Source: an uncultured Acidobacteriota bacterium (lineage in GTDB: Bacteria; Actinomycetota; Acidimicrobiia; Spongiisociales; ZC4RG35). Taken from it: DNA of 64,000 nt. The position numbers and the translations under genes are program-made. This document shows positions 21,137 to 30,591 of the stretch, piece by piece (positions within the stretch are counted from its first letter, which is position 1; each line of letters begins with the position of its first letter). The notes beneath the pieces are model-generated. The model did not search any database. It had not been told where the DNA came from and saw nothing but the letters and a program-made list of their open reading frames with translations. The stretch lies in assembly GCA_963828465.1 (NCBI GenBank), contig CAWHEU010000021.1:79489-143488 (forward strand), given 5' to 3'.

Positions 21137-22345
21137 CCACCCGTTTCGATCCCGGGGTCCTCACCCCCGATCCCGTCGCCCGGGTCCAGATGCTGGGCTG
21201 GCTCGAGGCTGGTTTGGGTGCCGTGGAGCCCGAAGCCCTCACTGCTGCTGCGTTGGCGAGCAGGCACCCGGACCGGAAGACCCTGGTCATCGCCATCGGG
21301 AAGGCGGCCGCAGCGATGGCACGCGGCACCGCTTCGGTGCTCGACGTCGCCGGCGGTGTCTGCGTGACGGATCATCCCGAGCCGGTGCCGGACACGATGA
21401 GGCTCGTGATTGGCGATCACCCGGTGCCCGGGCCGGCAAGCCTCGAGGCCGGAGCGGCGGTTCTCGAGGCCGTTCAGAGCGCGCCGCCGATCGATGGACA
21501 TCGTCGCCCTGGTGTCAGGAGGCGGCTCCGCTCTCTGTGAAGCGCCACGACACGGTGTGCCCGCCGGCTTTCTCTCGGAAGTGACGAGAAGGCTCATATC
21601 CGGAGGGGCCGACATCGAGGAGTTGAACCTGGTCCGAGGTCATCTCTCTGCGATCAAATGCGGTGGCGTGGCACGGGCCGCAGGCCGTCCGATCGACACG
21701 TTCGTCATCTCCGACGTGGCGGGGGCGGGGCCGGGCGTCGTGGCCTCGGGGCCGACCATCCCGCGGGCGCACGACCCGGAAGGGGCCGCGGCCGTCCTGA
21801 GAAGGCTGTCGATCGAGATCCCGGCTGGGGTGTGGGAAGCGATGATGAGAGAGCCGTTGTCCCTGCCCAGCCCGAAGGTCACCCTGTTGGCGGACGGTCA
21901 CACGGCCGCTCGTGGTGTGGCGAGCGTGACGCCTCCTCCCGTCACTGTGGTCGATGAATGGCTCCGCGGCGCGATAGGCGCATGTCTCGACCGGTTCCTG
22001 GCCATGGGCCGACCCGGAGTGACCGTGGGAGCAGGTGAGGTCGTGCTCGACGTCACCGGAGCCGGGACCGGAGGCCGAACCACTCACGCCGCCCTCCTCG
22101 CCGCCGAGCATCTCGCCGGCTCGAACGACATCTTCTGCGCGTTCGCCACTGATGGCGTCGATGCCCGGTCCGGGGCGGCGGGAGCAATCGTCGATGGCTC
22201 CACGATCCTCCGCGGCGGTGACCCGGCAGAAGCACTTCGAGAATTCGACTCCGCCGGCTATCTCGCCCAGACCTCCGACCTGCTCCGGTGCCCGCCTACC
22301 GGCACCAACGTCTCCGACCTCTGGATTCTGTGGCGGAGGGGTTGA
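21133..22345 (+). CDS. Glycerate kinase type 2 / MOFRL (DUF4147) family protein, with a +1 frameshift near 21490
   Basis: IAIGKAAAAMA and DHPVP in ORF 21133; LVSGGGSAL, GADIEELNLVR.HLSAIKCGG, ISDV, ASGPT, G.GGR, ATDGVD and PTGTNVSD in ORF 21410. Confidence 0.85.
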
Positions 22346-22382
22346 GGCTCCTCGTAGAGTGGGCGCACAGAGCAACGGGAGC

Positions 22383-23087
22383 ATGGAAAAGACATTTGTG
22401 ATCACGGGCGGCACCGGCGGGCTCGGTACCGCCCTCATCCGCCGACTCATCTACGAGGACTACCGGCTGGCAATCACCTACTTGCTGCCGGACGAGGCCG
22501 AGAAGTTCGAGCAGCAGTTCGAGATCGACGAGGATCGGGTCTTGTTGGTCCGGGTCGATGCCACCAACGCCGAGGCCGTCAACACCTTCATGAAGGGTGT
22601 CGCCGAACGATGGGGATCCCTTCACGGACTCGTTGCCCTGGTCGGCGGATGGGCCGGGGGGCGTGACGTCGAAGAAACCGACGACGTCCGGTTCGAGCGC
22701 ATGCTCGACCTCAACCTGCGGTCCACGTTCTACTCGGTGCGGGCGGCGGTCCCCTATCTGGTGGAGACCGGCTGGGGTCGGATCGTGACCGTGGGCAGCC
22801 GGGCCACCGTCGACTACCCCACCGGCCAGGCCGCCTTCAACGTTGCAAAGTCGGGTGTGGTGGCGCTCACCAGGTCGGTCGCCCAGGAACTGGAGGGAAC
22901 GGGTGTGACTGCCAATGTCCTCCTTCCCTCCGTAATCGACACCCCGGCGACACGTCGATCCCTCCCTTACGCCGACTATGTGAACTGGCCAACGCCCGAT
23001 GAGATCGCGTCGGTTGCGCACTTCCTGCTCACCGAGGAGTCGGGCGTCATCAACGGCGCAGAGATCCCGGTGTACGGCCGGGTCTAG
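22383..23087 (+). CDS. Short-chain dehydrogenase/reductase (catalytic Tyr replaced by Phe)
   Basis: TGGTGGLG; AAFNVAKSG in place of YxxxK; VTANVLLPSVIDT. Confidence 0.85.
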   Translation: MEKTFVITGGTGGLGTALIRRLIYEDYRLAITYLLPDEAEKFEQQFEIDEDRVLLVRVDATNAEAVNTFMKGVAERWGSLHGLVALVGGWAGGRDVEETDDVRFERMLDLNLRSTFYSVRAAVPYLVETGWGRIVTVGSRATVDYPTGQAAFNVAKSGVVALTRSVAQELEGTGVTANVLLPSVIDTPATRRSLPYADYVNWPTPDEIASVAHFLLTEESGVINGAEIPVYGRV

Positions 23088-24076
23088 CGGTAGAGCTCGA
23101 TCCACTCCCCGTGGGGGTGGGCCCGGCCGACAATCAGTGCACCATTCCCGTCATCGACGACCAGATCAGCCCAGCCATCTGACTCGTCCATGACCTCGCC
23201 CATCGAGACCCGATGTATCGGACGCGCCGACCTGGCGCCGGACACAATCGAATCGAGACGGTCTCGCTGCGCTGCGTCGAACTGGTTCAGCGTGAAAGAG
23301 CTCATGACCACTGCCGGCTCTCCTACAGGGAGTCCGTCCAGGGCATCGGGCAGGGTCTCGAGGGCGTCCCCGGCAATAAGGTCGATGTCGAGACTCGCCA
23401 CCATGTCGAGGGCGGTGCGAAGACGCGCCCTTCTCTCGACGTGCTCGGGCCAGATCAGGGCATCGAGCCATCGTCGGTCACTCTCATCGGCCGGGTCGAT
23501 CGGGTTGAGATCGAGCCCGGTGCGACTCAGGACGTCGACCTCGACGAGGTTCGGAGCGAGGCCTCTCGATTCGGCCTCGAGCAGGGGCTCGCCGCCTCGA
23601 TTCCATTCCTGGTCGCCGTATCGATACCCGTAGCGATCGAGGCCGAGGTTGAGACCGGCGCTGGTGCCCACGTCGATGAGATGGAAGGACCGAAACTCCG
23701 CCATGCTCACCATCGGGAGCAGGGCGACGCAGCGACGACACTCGTTGGTCTGCGTGTATCGGGTATTGCCCATCTCCACTATCTCCTCCTCGTTAGCGAG
23801 GACGAAGCTCCGGAATTTCGGGCCTACTCCATGAGGTGGCGCCGGATCGTCCACGATCGAGCGATAGTGCGTGGCGAGGTCACCGTCCTCCCCGTCCATG
23901 AGCATGGACTGGACCGCGCCGAACATCAGATTGGGCGGTGGCAGGTGCCCGATGCGGTTCATCACCCGCAGCAACTCGGGGTCTTCAGCCACCACCTCGA
24001 CCAGCTCGGCGTAGAGGGGAGAGCCGTGCGTGTACTTGCCCCAGTCCCGCATGTATTCCGCGGTGACCAGGGGCAT
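23084..24076 (-). CDS. DUF2332 family protein
   Basis: SPLY, TQTNECRR, DVGTSAGLNL..DRY, LIWPEH..R.ARL, AHPHGEWI. Confidence 0.85.
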   Translation of the reverse strand: MPLVTAEYMRDWGKYTHGSPLYAELVEVVAEDPELLRVMNRIGHLPPPNLMFGAVQSMLMDGEDGDLATHYRSIVDDPAPPHGVGPKFRSFVLANEEEIVEMGNTRYTQTNECRRCVALLPMVSMAEFRSFHLIDVGTSAGLNLGLDRYGYRYGDQEWNRGGEPLLEAESRGLAPNLVEVDVLSRTGLDLNPIDPADESDRRWLDALIWPEHVERRARLRTALDMVASLDIDLIAGDALETLPDALDGLPVGEPAVVMSSFTLNQFDAAQRDRLDSIVSGARSARPIHRVSMGEVMDESDGWADLVVDDGNGALIVGRAHPHGEWIELYR

Positions 24077-24735
24077 CAGTGCACCTGGCGCCGATACGAC
24101 GTGGCCAGGGCATCGGCGTATTCGTTCCAGCGATAGCCGCTGTGGGCCTTGATCCACTGGATCCGGGCCAGTGGCTTCTGCTTGTGGAGGGCGTGCGCCT
24201 CCTTGACCAACTCGAGGTTGGCGATAGGCCCGGACGACTTCTTGGTCCACCCTCTCGCCTCCCATCCGTCGGCCCAGTTGTTGACGATGTTCACGATGAG
24301 CTGTGAGTCGGTGTAGATCTCGACAGGGACGTCGGCGGGAGCCATGCCGAGCCCGGCGATCAGAGCCGTGAGCTCCATCTTGTTGTTGGTGGTGTGCGGG
24401 TCGGCGCCTTTGCCCTCCTCGACCACCTCACCGTCCACCACATACACCGCTCCCCAGCCCCCCGGTCCTGGGTTTCCCTCCGAGGCACCGTCGGTGAAGA
24501 TCCCGGTGTCGGGGCCGTCGGTGAAGGAGCTCAGGACTTCGTCGACGGTCAGATCCCGCGACTTGGTTCGGCTCGCCGTTGTCGTCTTCTTTGCGGCGGG
24601 CTGGGACGACGAGACGGCGGATCGCCCGGCGCTATCGCGGCAGTCCATGCATTGGCGTGGCACCCAGCCCGGGTAACGGTCGAGTACCGACTGACTGAGC
24701 TCGAACTCCCGGCCGCACGTCTGACAGCTGAACAC
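24076..24735 (-). CDS. rnhA: Ribonuclease HI with an N-terminal CxxC...CxxC zinc-ribbon extension
   Basis: FTDGASEGNPGPGGWG, TTNNKMEL, YTDSQ, WIKAHSG..NEYADALA; N-terminal CQTC-x21-CMDC. Confidence 0.9.
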   Translation of the reverse strand: MFSCQTCGREFELSQSVLDRYPGWVPRQCMDCRDSAGRSAVSSSQPAAKKTTTASRTKSRDLTVDEVLSSFTDGPDTGIFTDGASEGNPGPGGWGAVYVVDGEVVEEGKGADPHTTNNKMELTALIAGLGMAPADVPVEIYTDSQLIVNIVNNWADGWEARGWTKKSSGPIANLELVKEAHALHKQKPLARIQWIKAHSGYRWNEYADALATSYRRQVH

Positions 24736-24738
24736 GCC

Positions 24739-25329
24739 CTAAGCCTGCCCGTCCTTCGAGAACCGCGAGATGAACTGGGGTGACTTGAAGAGATTGAACT
24801 CATGGTGGGTCTCGGTCATCCCGTGGGGTTCCATGAGACGACGCACCTTGGATGGCGACAGCCAATGGCAGTGGACCTGTCGCGCCTTGAACGGCGTGCG
24901 GTAGAGGATCACCGACGTGGGCATCGCGTAGAGGCCCTGGATCGGCTCGGCCGGATAGATGTGGAGGGCGCGACCACCGGGCTTCAGGACCCTCGCCATC
25001 TCGGCGGCCGCCGCGTCGAGGGGCGGGATGTGCTCGATGGCGTGAACCGACACCACCGCATCGAACTCGCCATCGTCGAAGGCGAGATCCTCAGCCATCA
25101 TGTGCAACACCCGGTCGGAGCCGGACACCTCGGGTGCATTCGGGTTGGCATCGATGCCGGTCACATCGATCCCGCGCTCGGCCAGGCGGATGGTCAGATG
25201 GCCCTGTCCGCATCCCACCTCCAGGACCCGTTCCCCGGGTCGGAGGGGCAGCAGCCGGTCGATCCGGCGCAGGTGAGCCGGATCCCATCGATTGACCAGC
25301 GCATAGCGGCGTGAGTCGTACTCGGACAT
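24739..25329 (-). CDS. Class I SAM-dependent methyltransferase
   Basis: VLEVGCGQG, GID, FDAVVS..IEH, RVLKPGG. Confidence 0.88.
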   Translation of the reverse strand: MSEYDSRRYALVNRWDPAHLRRIDRLLPLRPGERVLEVGCGQGHLTIRLAERGIDVTGIDANPNAPEVSGSDRVLHMMAEDLAFDDGEFDAVVSVHAIEHIPPLDAAAAEMARVLKPGGRALHIYPAEPIQGLYAMPTSVILYRTPFKARQVHCHWLSPSKVRRLMEPHGMTETHHEFNLFKSPQFISRFSKDGQA

Positions 25330-25339
25330 CGCGGGGAGG

Positions 25340-26572
25340 CTAGGAGAGGCTCTCGAGATGAGCGGAAACCCCGTAGTCGAGGAGAAGCGGGCCCGCATCG
25401 GTCAGGGCGACGTGGGTGACCGCCGTGTTGGCCGGGGTGTAGAGGGACTCGGAGTGGGAGTCGGTGGTCACCGTGAGCGAGGAGACATAGGCGCGGATGG
25501 CCCCTCCATGAGCCACCACCACCGTCGGCTCGTCGAACACGGGCTCCAGGCCATGAACCGTGGCCCGGATCCGCCCGGTCAGCTCGCCCCAGCTCTCACC
25601 GGTCTCGCCCCGCTTGAGGTCGACCCCGTCTCGATAGATCGTGCCCATCAGGTCGGGCCATGTCTCATAGATCTCGTCCGAGGTGAGCCCCTCCCATCTC
25701 CCCATGTCGAGCTCCTTCAGACCGTCGAGTGTGGTGATGCCGTCAGAAGCCAGATACTCGGCAGTGGAGAGAGCGCGGCCCAACGGCGAGGCATAGACGG
25801 TGGCGGCGGTTCCGTACCAATCACGCAGCGCCTTCGCCTGCCGGTGGCCCAGTTCGTCCAGCCCCCAATCACCCTGTCCCTGCCATCGACCCTCCGTGTT
25901 GGCCCGGGTCTGGCCGTGCCGGACCAGAGCCAGGACGGGATCCCCTTTCTCCAGGTGCTCGCTCACTGCCGTTGGGCGGGGCCCGAAATGGGCGAGGTCG
26001 TTGAAGGCTGCGAGGCGAAGGCGGTCGAAGGACCAGATCAGCCTGGTGAGCGAGGTGTTACCGGCGAAGCCGTGGACTCGTTGGCCCCGACCGGCGAGAT
26101 AGCGCTGGAGCACTTCCTGAATGAACCCGCCGTGGGTCACGACCGCCGCCTGGCCCTCTTCGCCCAGGTCTGCCGCCAGCGCGTCGATGGCGCCGATGGC
26201 ACGACGATGGAGTTCCTCGAGGCTCTCCCCGGTGAACCCCATCGGAAGATTGCGATCCCGTATCGCCTCCCGCAGGTAGTCACCGTCCTGTCCAAAGATC
26301 TCCTCCCGGGCCTTGCCCTCCCAACGACCGATGTCGAGCTCGGCGAGGCGGTCCCAGACTTCGAAGTCCGATGTGAAGGCCGAGGCGGTGTCCTTGGCCC
26401 TCTGCAGAGGGGAGCAGACGACGAGATCGAACTTGCGATCATGAAGCCGTTTGCCGATTGCGTCGAGGCTGGCCTCACCGGCGGCGCTCAACGGCCCATC
26501 GACCTGCCCGTTCCAGATGCCGTCGAGGTTGGCCTGCGACTCGGCGTGTCGGATGAGGGTGATTTCTTTCAT
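25340..26572 (-). CDS. Tandem two-domain histidine phosphatase (phosphoglycerate mutase family)
   Basis: Domain 1 LIRHAES..SPLQRA..GES..VTHGG; domain 2 LVRHGQT..SPLGRA..GES..VAHGG. Confidence 0.88.
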   Translation of the reverse strand: MKEITLIRHAESQANLDGIWNGQVDGPLSAAGEASLDAIGKRLHDRKFDLVVCSPLQRAKDTASAFTSDFEVWDRLAELDIGRWEGKAREEIFGQDGDYLREAIRDRNLPMGFTGESLEELHRRAIGAIDALAADLGEEGQAAVVTHGGFIQEVLQRYLAGRGQRVHGFAGNTSLTRLIWSFDRLRLAAFNDLAHFGPRPTAVSEHLEKGDPVLALVRHGQTRANTEGRWQGQGDWGLDELGHRQAKALRDWYGTAATVYASPLGRALSTAEYLASDGITTLDGLKELDMGRWEGLTSDEIYETWPDLMGTIYRDGVDLKRGETGESWGELTGRIRATVHGLEPVFDEPTVVVAHGGAIRAYVSSLTVTTDSHSESLYTPANTAVTHVALTDAGPLLLDYGVSAHLESLS

Positions 26573-26580
26573 GCGATGCG

Positions 26581-26650
26581 GGTTTTGGGGTCGGGGTCGT
26601 GGGTACGCGCCGGCACCCATCTCAGTACTCATAGCTCAGAACCCAAAACC
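26581..26650. repeat. Imperfect intergenic hairpin built from heptamer-like units
   Basis: GGTTTTGGG (26581-89) pairs with CCCAAAACC (26642-50); inner TGGGT/ACCCA; units CTCAGTA, CTCATAG, CTCAGAA, CCCAAAA. Confidence 0.5.
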
Positions 26651-26667
26651 GTTCGGGTGCACTCCGC

Positions 26668-28719
26668 TCATCCAATGAACGCCGAGGCGAATACCAGGGA
26701 CACGATCGTCATCACCTTGATGACGATGTTCATCGCCGGTCCCGAGGTGTCCTTGAACGGGTCCCCGACGGTGTCGCCGATGACCGCTGCCGTGTGGCTC
26801 TCCGAGCCCTTCCCGCCGAATGCGCCGGATTCGATGAACTTCTTGGCGTTGTCCCAGGCGCCCCCGGCATTGGCCATGAAGATGGCGAGGAGGAACCCGG
26901 TAACCAGGGCCCCGGCGAGTAACCCGCCCAGGGCCTCCACGTCGATCAGGCCGACGAGCAGCGGGAGAGCGACCGCCAGCGAGCCGGGGATGATCATCTC
27001 CCTCAAGGCTCCGGCTGTGGCGATGTCGACACAGGCCGTGTAATCGGCCGTGGCACCTGTGGCTCCGTCCCTGAGACCGGGGATCTCCCTGAACTGACGG
27101 CGAACCTCTTCGATCATCTTGTTGGCAGCGCGCCCCACCGCGTTGATCGTCAGGGCGGCGACGAGGAAAGGGAACATGGCGCCGACGAGTAGTCCGATCA
27201 GGGTCGGGGCACGGGTCAGGTCGATCTGATCGAGGTCGACTGCCCGGGTGAACGTGGCAAAGAGCGCGAGAGCGGTGACGCCCGCCGAGGCAACGGCGAA
27301 ACCTTTCGCCACCGCGGTGGTCGTGTTGCCCAGCGAGTCGAGGGTGTCGGTCACCTCCCGGACCTCAGCGGGCAGGTCCGCCATCCGGGCGATCCCCCCT
27401 GCGTTGTCGGCAACGGGGCCATAGGCGTCTACGGAGACGATGAGGCCGACGGTGGCGAGAGCCCCAATGGCGGCAATGGCCACTCCATAGACACCTCCAC
27501 CGTCACCCAAGGCCCAGTCGCCGGCGTAGTAGGCCGCTCCGAGGCCGCCGGCCAACACGATCACCGAGTAGGCAGCGGACTTCATCGATTCGGCGAGACC
27601 CGAGATGATCACCGTGGCCGGGCCGGTCTGTGCCTGCCGGGCTATCTCCTTGACCTTCTTGTGGTCATCGGAGGTGAACCACTCGGAGATCTTGCCCACC
27701 ATCCAACCGACGACCAGCCCAGCGAGGACTGCAAGCCAGATACCCAAGGGACTGGCGACCGCATCCCCGAAGACCCAGTAGGCGAGACCGAGTGCACCGA
27801 CGGCGGTCGCGATCAGAGCGAAGTTGGTGCCACTGCGCAAGGCTCCGCCGGGATCGTCGCCCCGAACCCGCACCAGGAATGAGCCGATGATGGCGGCGAG
27901 CATGCCGAGGGCGGCGACGGCGAGAGGGAAAACAATCGTCTCCTCCACGAACGTCGACGAGCCGAAAACCAACGCCGCATAAACGACCGGCGCCACCAGC
28001 GCGCCGACGTATGACTCGAAGAGGTCGGCGCCCATTCCGGCGACGTCACCGACGTTGTCCCCCACGTTGTCGGCGATCACCGCCGGGTTGCGGGGATCGT
28101 CCTCGGGGATGCCGGCCTCCAACTTGCCCACCAGATCGGCGCCGACATCCGCTGCCTTGGTGAAGATTCCGCCGCCTATCCGGGCGAATAGTGCGATCGA
28201 AGAGCCACCGAGGGCGATGGCCGTGATGATCTCCGGCCACTCATCGAGGTCGAGCAGCATCCGGAAGATGACGTAACCGACACCTACCCCGATCAGCCCG
28301 AGCCCGGCAACGCTGAACCCCATCACCGCGCCGCCGCGAAAGGCGATCGGTAGAGCACCTGCGACGCCGCCGGTGCGGGCCGCCTCCGCGGTCCGCGAGT
28401 TTGCCTGGGTGGCTATGCGCATCCCGAAATAGCCGGCGCCTGCTGAGAGGGCCGCTCCGAAGACGTAAGCCACGACCCCCCAGGGGCGCCCCCAATCGAG
28501 CAAGACAGCGATGAGCGTTGCAATCACGACGACGAAAGCCGCCACCCAGATGTACTCACGGCGCAGGAACGCCATTGCCCCCTGTCTGATCGCATCGGAC
28601 AGCGCGACCATCCGCTGGTTGCCGCGAGGGGCGGTCAGGACGGTCCGGGCATACACGACGGCGAGCAAGAGGGCAGCCAAACCCGCGCCGAGCGCGGCGT
28701 ACAGGATCAGATCCGACAC
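26668..28719 (-). CDS. hppA: Membrane-bound cation-translocating pyrophosphatase
   Basis: GGGIFTKAADVGADLVGK.EAGIPEDDPRNPAVIADNVGDNVGD, DAYGPVADNAGG, GGAWDNAKK, GDTVGDPFKDTSGP. Confidence 0.96.
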   Translation of the reverse strand: MSDLILYAALGAGLAALLLAVVYARTVLTAPRGNQRMVALSDAIRQGAMAFLRREYIWVAAFVVVIATLIAVLLDWGRPWGVVAYVFGAALSAGAGYFGMRIATQANSRTAEAARTGGVAGALPIAFRGGAVMGFSVAGLGLIGVGVGYVIFRMLLDLDEWPEIITAIALGGSSIALFARIGGGIFTKAADVGADLVGKLEAGIPEDDPRNPAVIADNVGDNVGDVAGMGADLFESYVGALVAPVVYAALVFGSSTFVEETIVFPLAVAALGMLAAIIGSFLVRVRGDDPGGALRSGTNFALIATAVGALGLAYWVFGDAVASPLGIWLAVLAGLVVGWMVGKISEWFTSDDHKKVKEIARQAQTGPATVIISGLAESMKSAAYSVIVLAGGLGAAYYAGDWALGDGGGVYGVAIAAIGALATVGLIVSVDAYGPVADNAGGIARMADLPAEVREVTDTLDSLGNTTTAVAKGFAVASAGVTALALFATFTRAVDLDQIDLTRAPTLIGLLVGAMFPFLVAALTINAVGRAANKMIEEVRRQFREIPGLRDGATGATADYTACVDIATAGALREMIIPGSLAVALPLLVGLIDVEALGGLLAGALVTGFLLAIFMANAGGAWDNAKKFIESGAFGGKGSESHTAAVIGDTVGDPFKDTSGPAMNIVIKVMTIVSLVFASAFIG

Positions 28720-28744
28720 AGGGGGCCGGGATTGTAGGTACCCC

Positions 28745-29356
28745 TTACCTGAGGTACGCAGGGCCACATGTGGCCCGACGAGAACAGAGAAAGGCGATCA
28801 GCCGCCTGCGATGCGTGGTGGCGAGCTCCAGGATGGCCGCCTCCACCTCGGGACCACCGCCCCCGGTCTGCACCGCGACCGAGTAGATGATGTCGAGATA
28901 CTTGACCACGATCTCGTAGGGACCGACGTCGTTGGGCTGAAAGGCCTCGTCACCCACTCCCGGGACTTCCGTCACCCCACCTCGGTTCTCCTCGAACCCG
29001 GCCTTGACCCCCTCCCAATCTGTGGAGGATCCGTAATGGAAGACCTCGACGGTTGGAACCAGACCGTCGACGAGGGTGAAGGTGCAGTTGCGGGCAACAC
29101 CCGGCTCCCCGCTGGCCGACGTCGCGTCAAAGGCCGCGGCGACAGTCTCGGGCGGCACCAGGGCACATTCGAGCCCGGTCGATGTTTCGCCTGCCGCGCT
29201 CGTGGTGGTCTCCTCGATCGTCGGGGCGGCGGTCGTCGGTTCCTCGGCAAGCGTGGTGGTGTCGCCGGTCACCAATGTCGTCGTAGTTTCGGCGTCACTC
29301 GCGCAGGACACGCCCGCGAGCAAGACCCCGAAGAAGATGAAGTCTCTCGTACGCAT
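28745..29356 (-). CDS. Hypothetical lipoprotein with Thr-rich linker; true stop probably 28798 after removing one extra base
   Basis: MRTRDFIFFGVLLAGVSC; TTTT/EEPTT linker; C..C pair; VPGVGDEAF. Confidence 0.7.
   Translation of the reverse strand: MRTRDFIFFGVLLAGVSCASDAETTTTLVTGDTTTLAEEPTTAAPTIEETTTSAAGETSTGLECALVPPETVAAAFDATSASGEPGVARNCTFTLVDGLVPTVEVFHYGSSTDWEGVKAGFEENRGGVTEVPGVGDEAFQPNDVGPYEIVVKYLDIIYSVAVQTGGGGPEVEAAILELATTHRRRLIAFLCSRRATCGPAYLR
28761..28776. promoter_or_regulatory. Perfect 16-bp palindrome upstream of hppA (possible operator)
   Basis: GGGCCACATGTGGCCC, just upstream of a minus-strand TACAAT -10 element near 28735. Confidence 0.35.
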
Positions 29357-29464
29357 GATCCCTCCCCAATCGATCACCCATGTCCGACCCTATGTGCGAC
29401 GCTTAATGGGGGCTTAGGGCCGGCAGTTGGCGGGACAGGCAGCGACGTGGGCAGAATGCATGCA

Positions 29465-29989
29465 ATGAGATCGGCGATTCGTTTGATCGCGTTACTGGCG
29501 GCGATGTCTCTCGCCCTGCCGGCCATGGCGCATGGCGATCACGATGCCCGTCCTCTGTTGAGACGAGCCGAAGTCGGTCCATACACGGTGTCGCTCTGGC
29601 AGGTCTATCCGGATGTGGGCTCGGCGATGATCCCCCATCTGATCGTGATGTTCGACGATGGGATGCCCGATGAGGGTGCGGTGGTCTCGGTTCAGGTGGG
29701 CTCAGAAAACGTCCACGTCATGTCGTCGTCAACCACGCCAGGAGCATGGGAGACGATGACCGGAGTCGAGCCGGACGATGTCGTCTCGGTGACCGTCTCC
29801 GAGGGGGAAGAGGCGTGGAGCCTCCCGACCGTGGTGATCCCGCCCCCGCTCACGTCTGTCTTACCGATGCGGGCATTGATCGCGATCTCTATCTTCCTCG
29901 CCACCGCCGTGGCCTGGTGGATCGGGGGCAGGACGGCGCAGGCATGGCGGCGGCCGATCACATACCGAAACGTCGGTTTAGAGGGCTGA
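29465..29989 (+). CDS. Exported, C-terminally membrane-anchored hypothetical protein; mature N-terminus HGDHD
   Basis: Signal peptide ending AMA then His; VGPYTVSLW beta domain; C-terminal TM helix and basic tail. Confidence 0.75.
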   Translation: MRSAIRLIALLAAMSLALPAMAHGDHDARPLLRRAEVGPYTVSLWQVYPDVGSAMIPHLIVMFDDGMPDEGAVVSVQVGSENVHVMSSSTTPGAWETMTGVEPDDVVSVTVSEGEEAWSLPTVVIPPPLTSVLPMRALIAISIFLATAVAWWIGGRTAQAWRRPITYRNVGLEG

Positions 29990-30004
29990 ACAGGAGGACA
30001 GGGA

Positions 30005-30589
30005 ATGGTCAGGACGTCGGAGCAAACCGCGGAGTTGGGATTCATTCAGAAGCTGAACGGCCCCTGGCACGAGCGTGCCCTGTGGATCTACCTGGCCATC
30101 GTGGTCCTCCACTGGATCGAGCATCTGTTCCAGGCGGCCCAGATCTGGATTCTCGAGATGCCGAGGCCAGAGGCTCTCGGGGCCCTCGGTTATGTCTTCC
30201 CCTGGTTGGTCAAGTCCGAGGTGATGCATTTCGGGTATGCCCTGATCATGTTCACCGGGTTGGTGCTGCTTCTCCCAGGCTTCCGCGGTGCTGCCCGCGG
30301 CTGGTGGCTGGCCTCCACCATCATCCAGGGCTGGCACCTGGTGGAGCACTCCACGCTGCAGATCCAGGCGATCGTCGGGACCAACCTGTTCGGGTCACCG
30401 GTACCGACCAGCTTCCTCCAACCCTTCATCCCCCGCCCGGAGCTGCACCTGGTCTACAACCTGATCGTCTTCATCCCGATGATCGTGGCGATGTGGCTGC
30501 ACACCCGCCCGGCACAGGATGCTCTCAACGATTGCAACTGTGCCGCCCCGCCGGTGGAGCGAGCCAAGGCGGGTCTGGCCAGCGTCTGA
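30005..30589 (+). CDS. His-rich integral membrane protein with two HxxEH motifs
   Basis: AGGAGG upstream; LHWIEH, MHF, WHLVEH, LHL; four to five TM helices. Confidence 0.8.
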   Translation: MVRTSEQTAELGFIQKLNGPWHERALWIYLAIVVLHWIEHLFQAAQIWILEMPRPEALGALGYVFPWLVKSEVMHFGYALIMFTGLVLLLPGFRGAARGWWLASTIIQGWHLVEHSTLQIQAIVGTNLFGSPVPTSFLQPFIPRPELHLVYNLIVFIPMIVAMWLHTRPAQDALNDCNCAAPPVERAKAGLASV

Positions 30590-30591
30590 GA

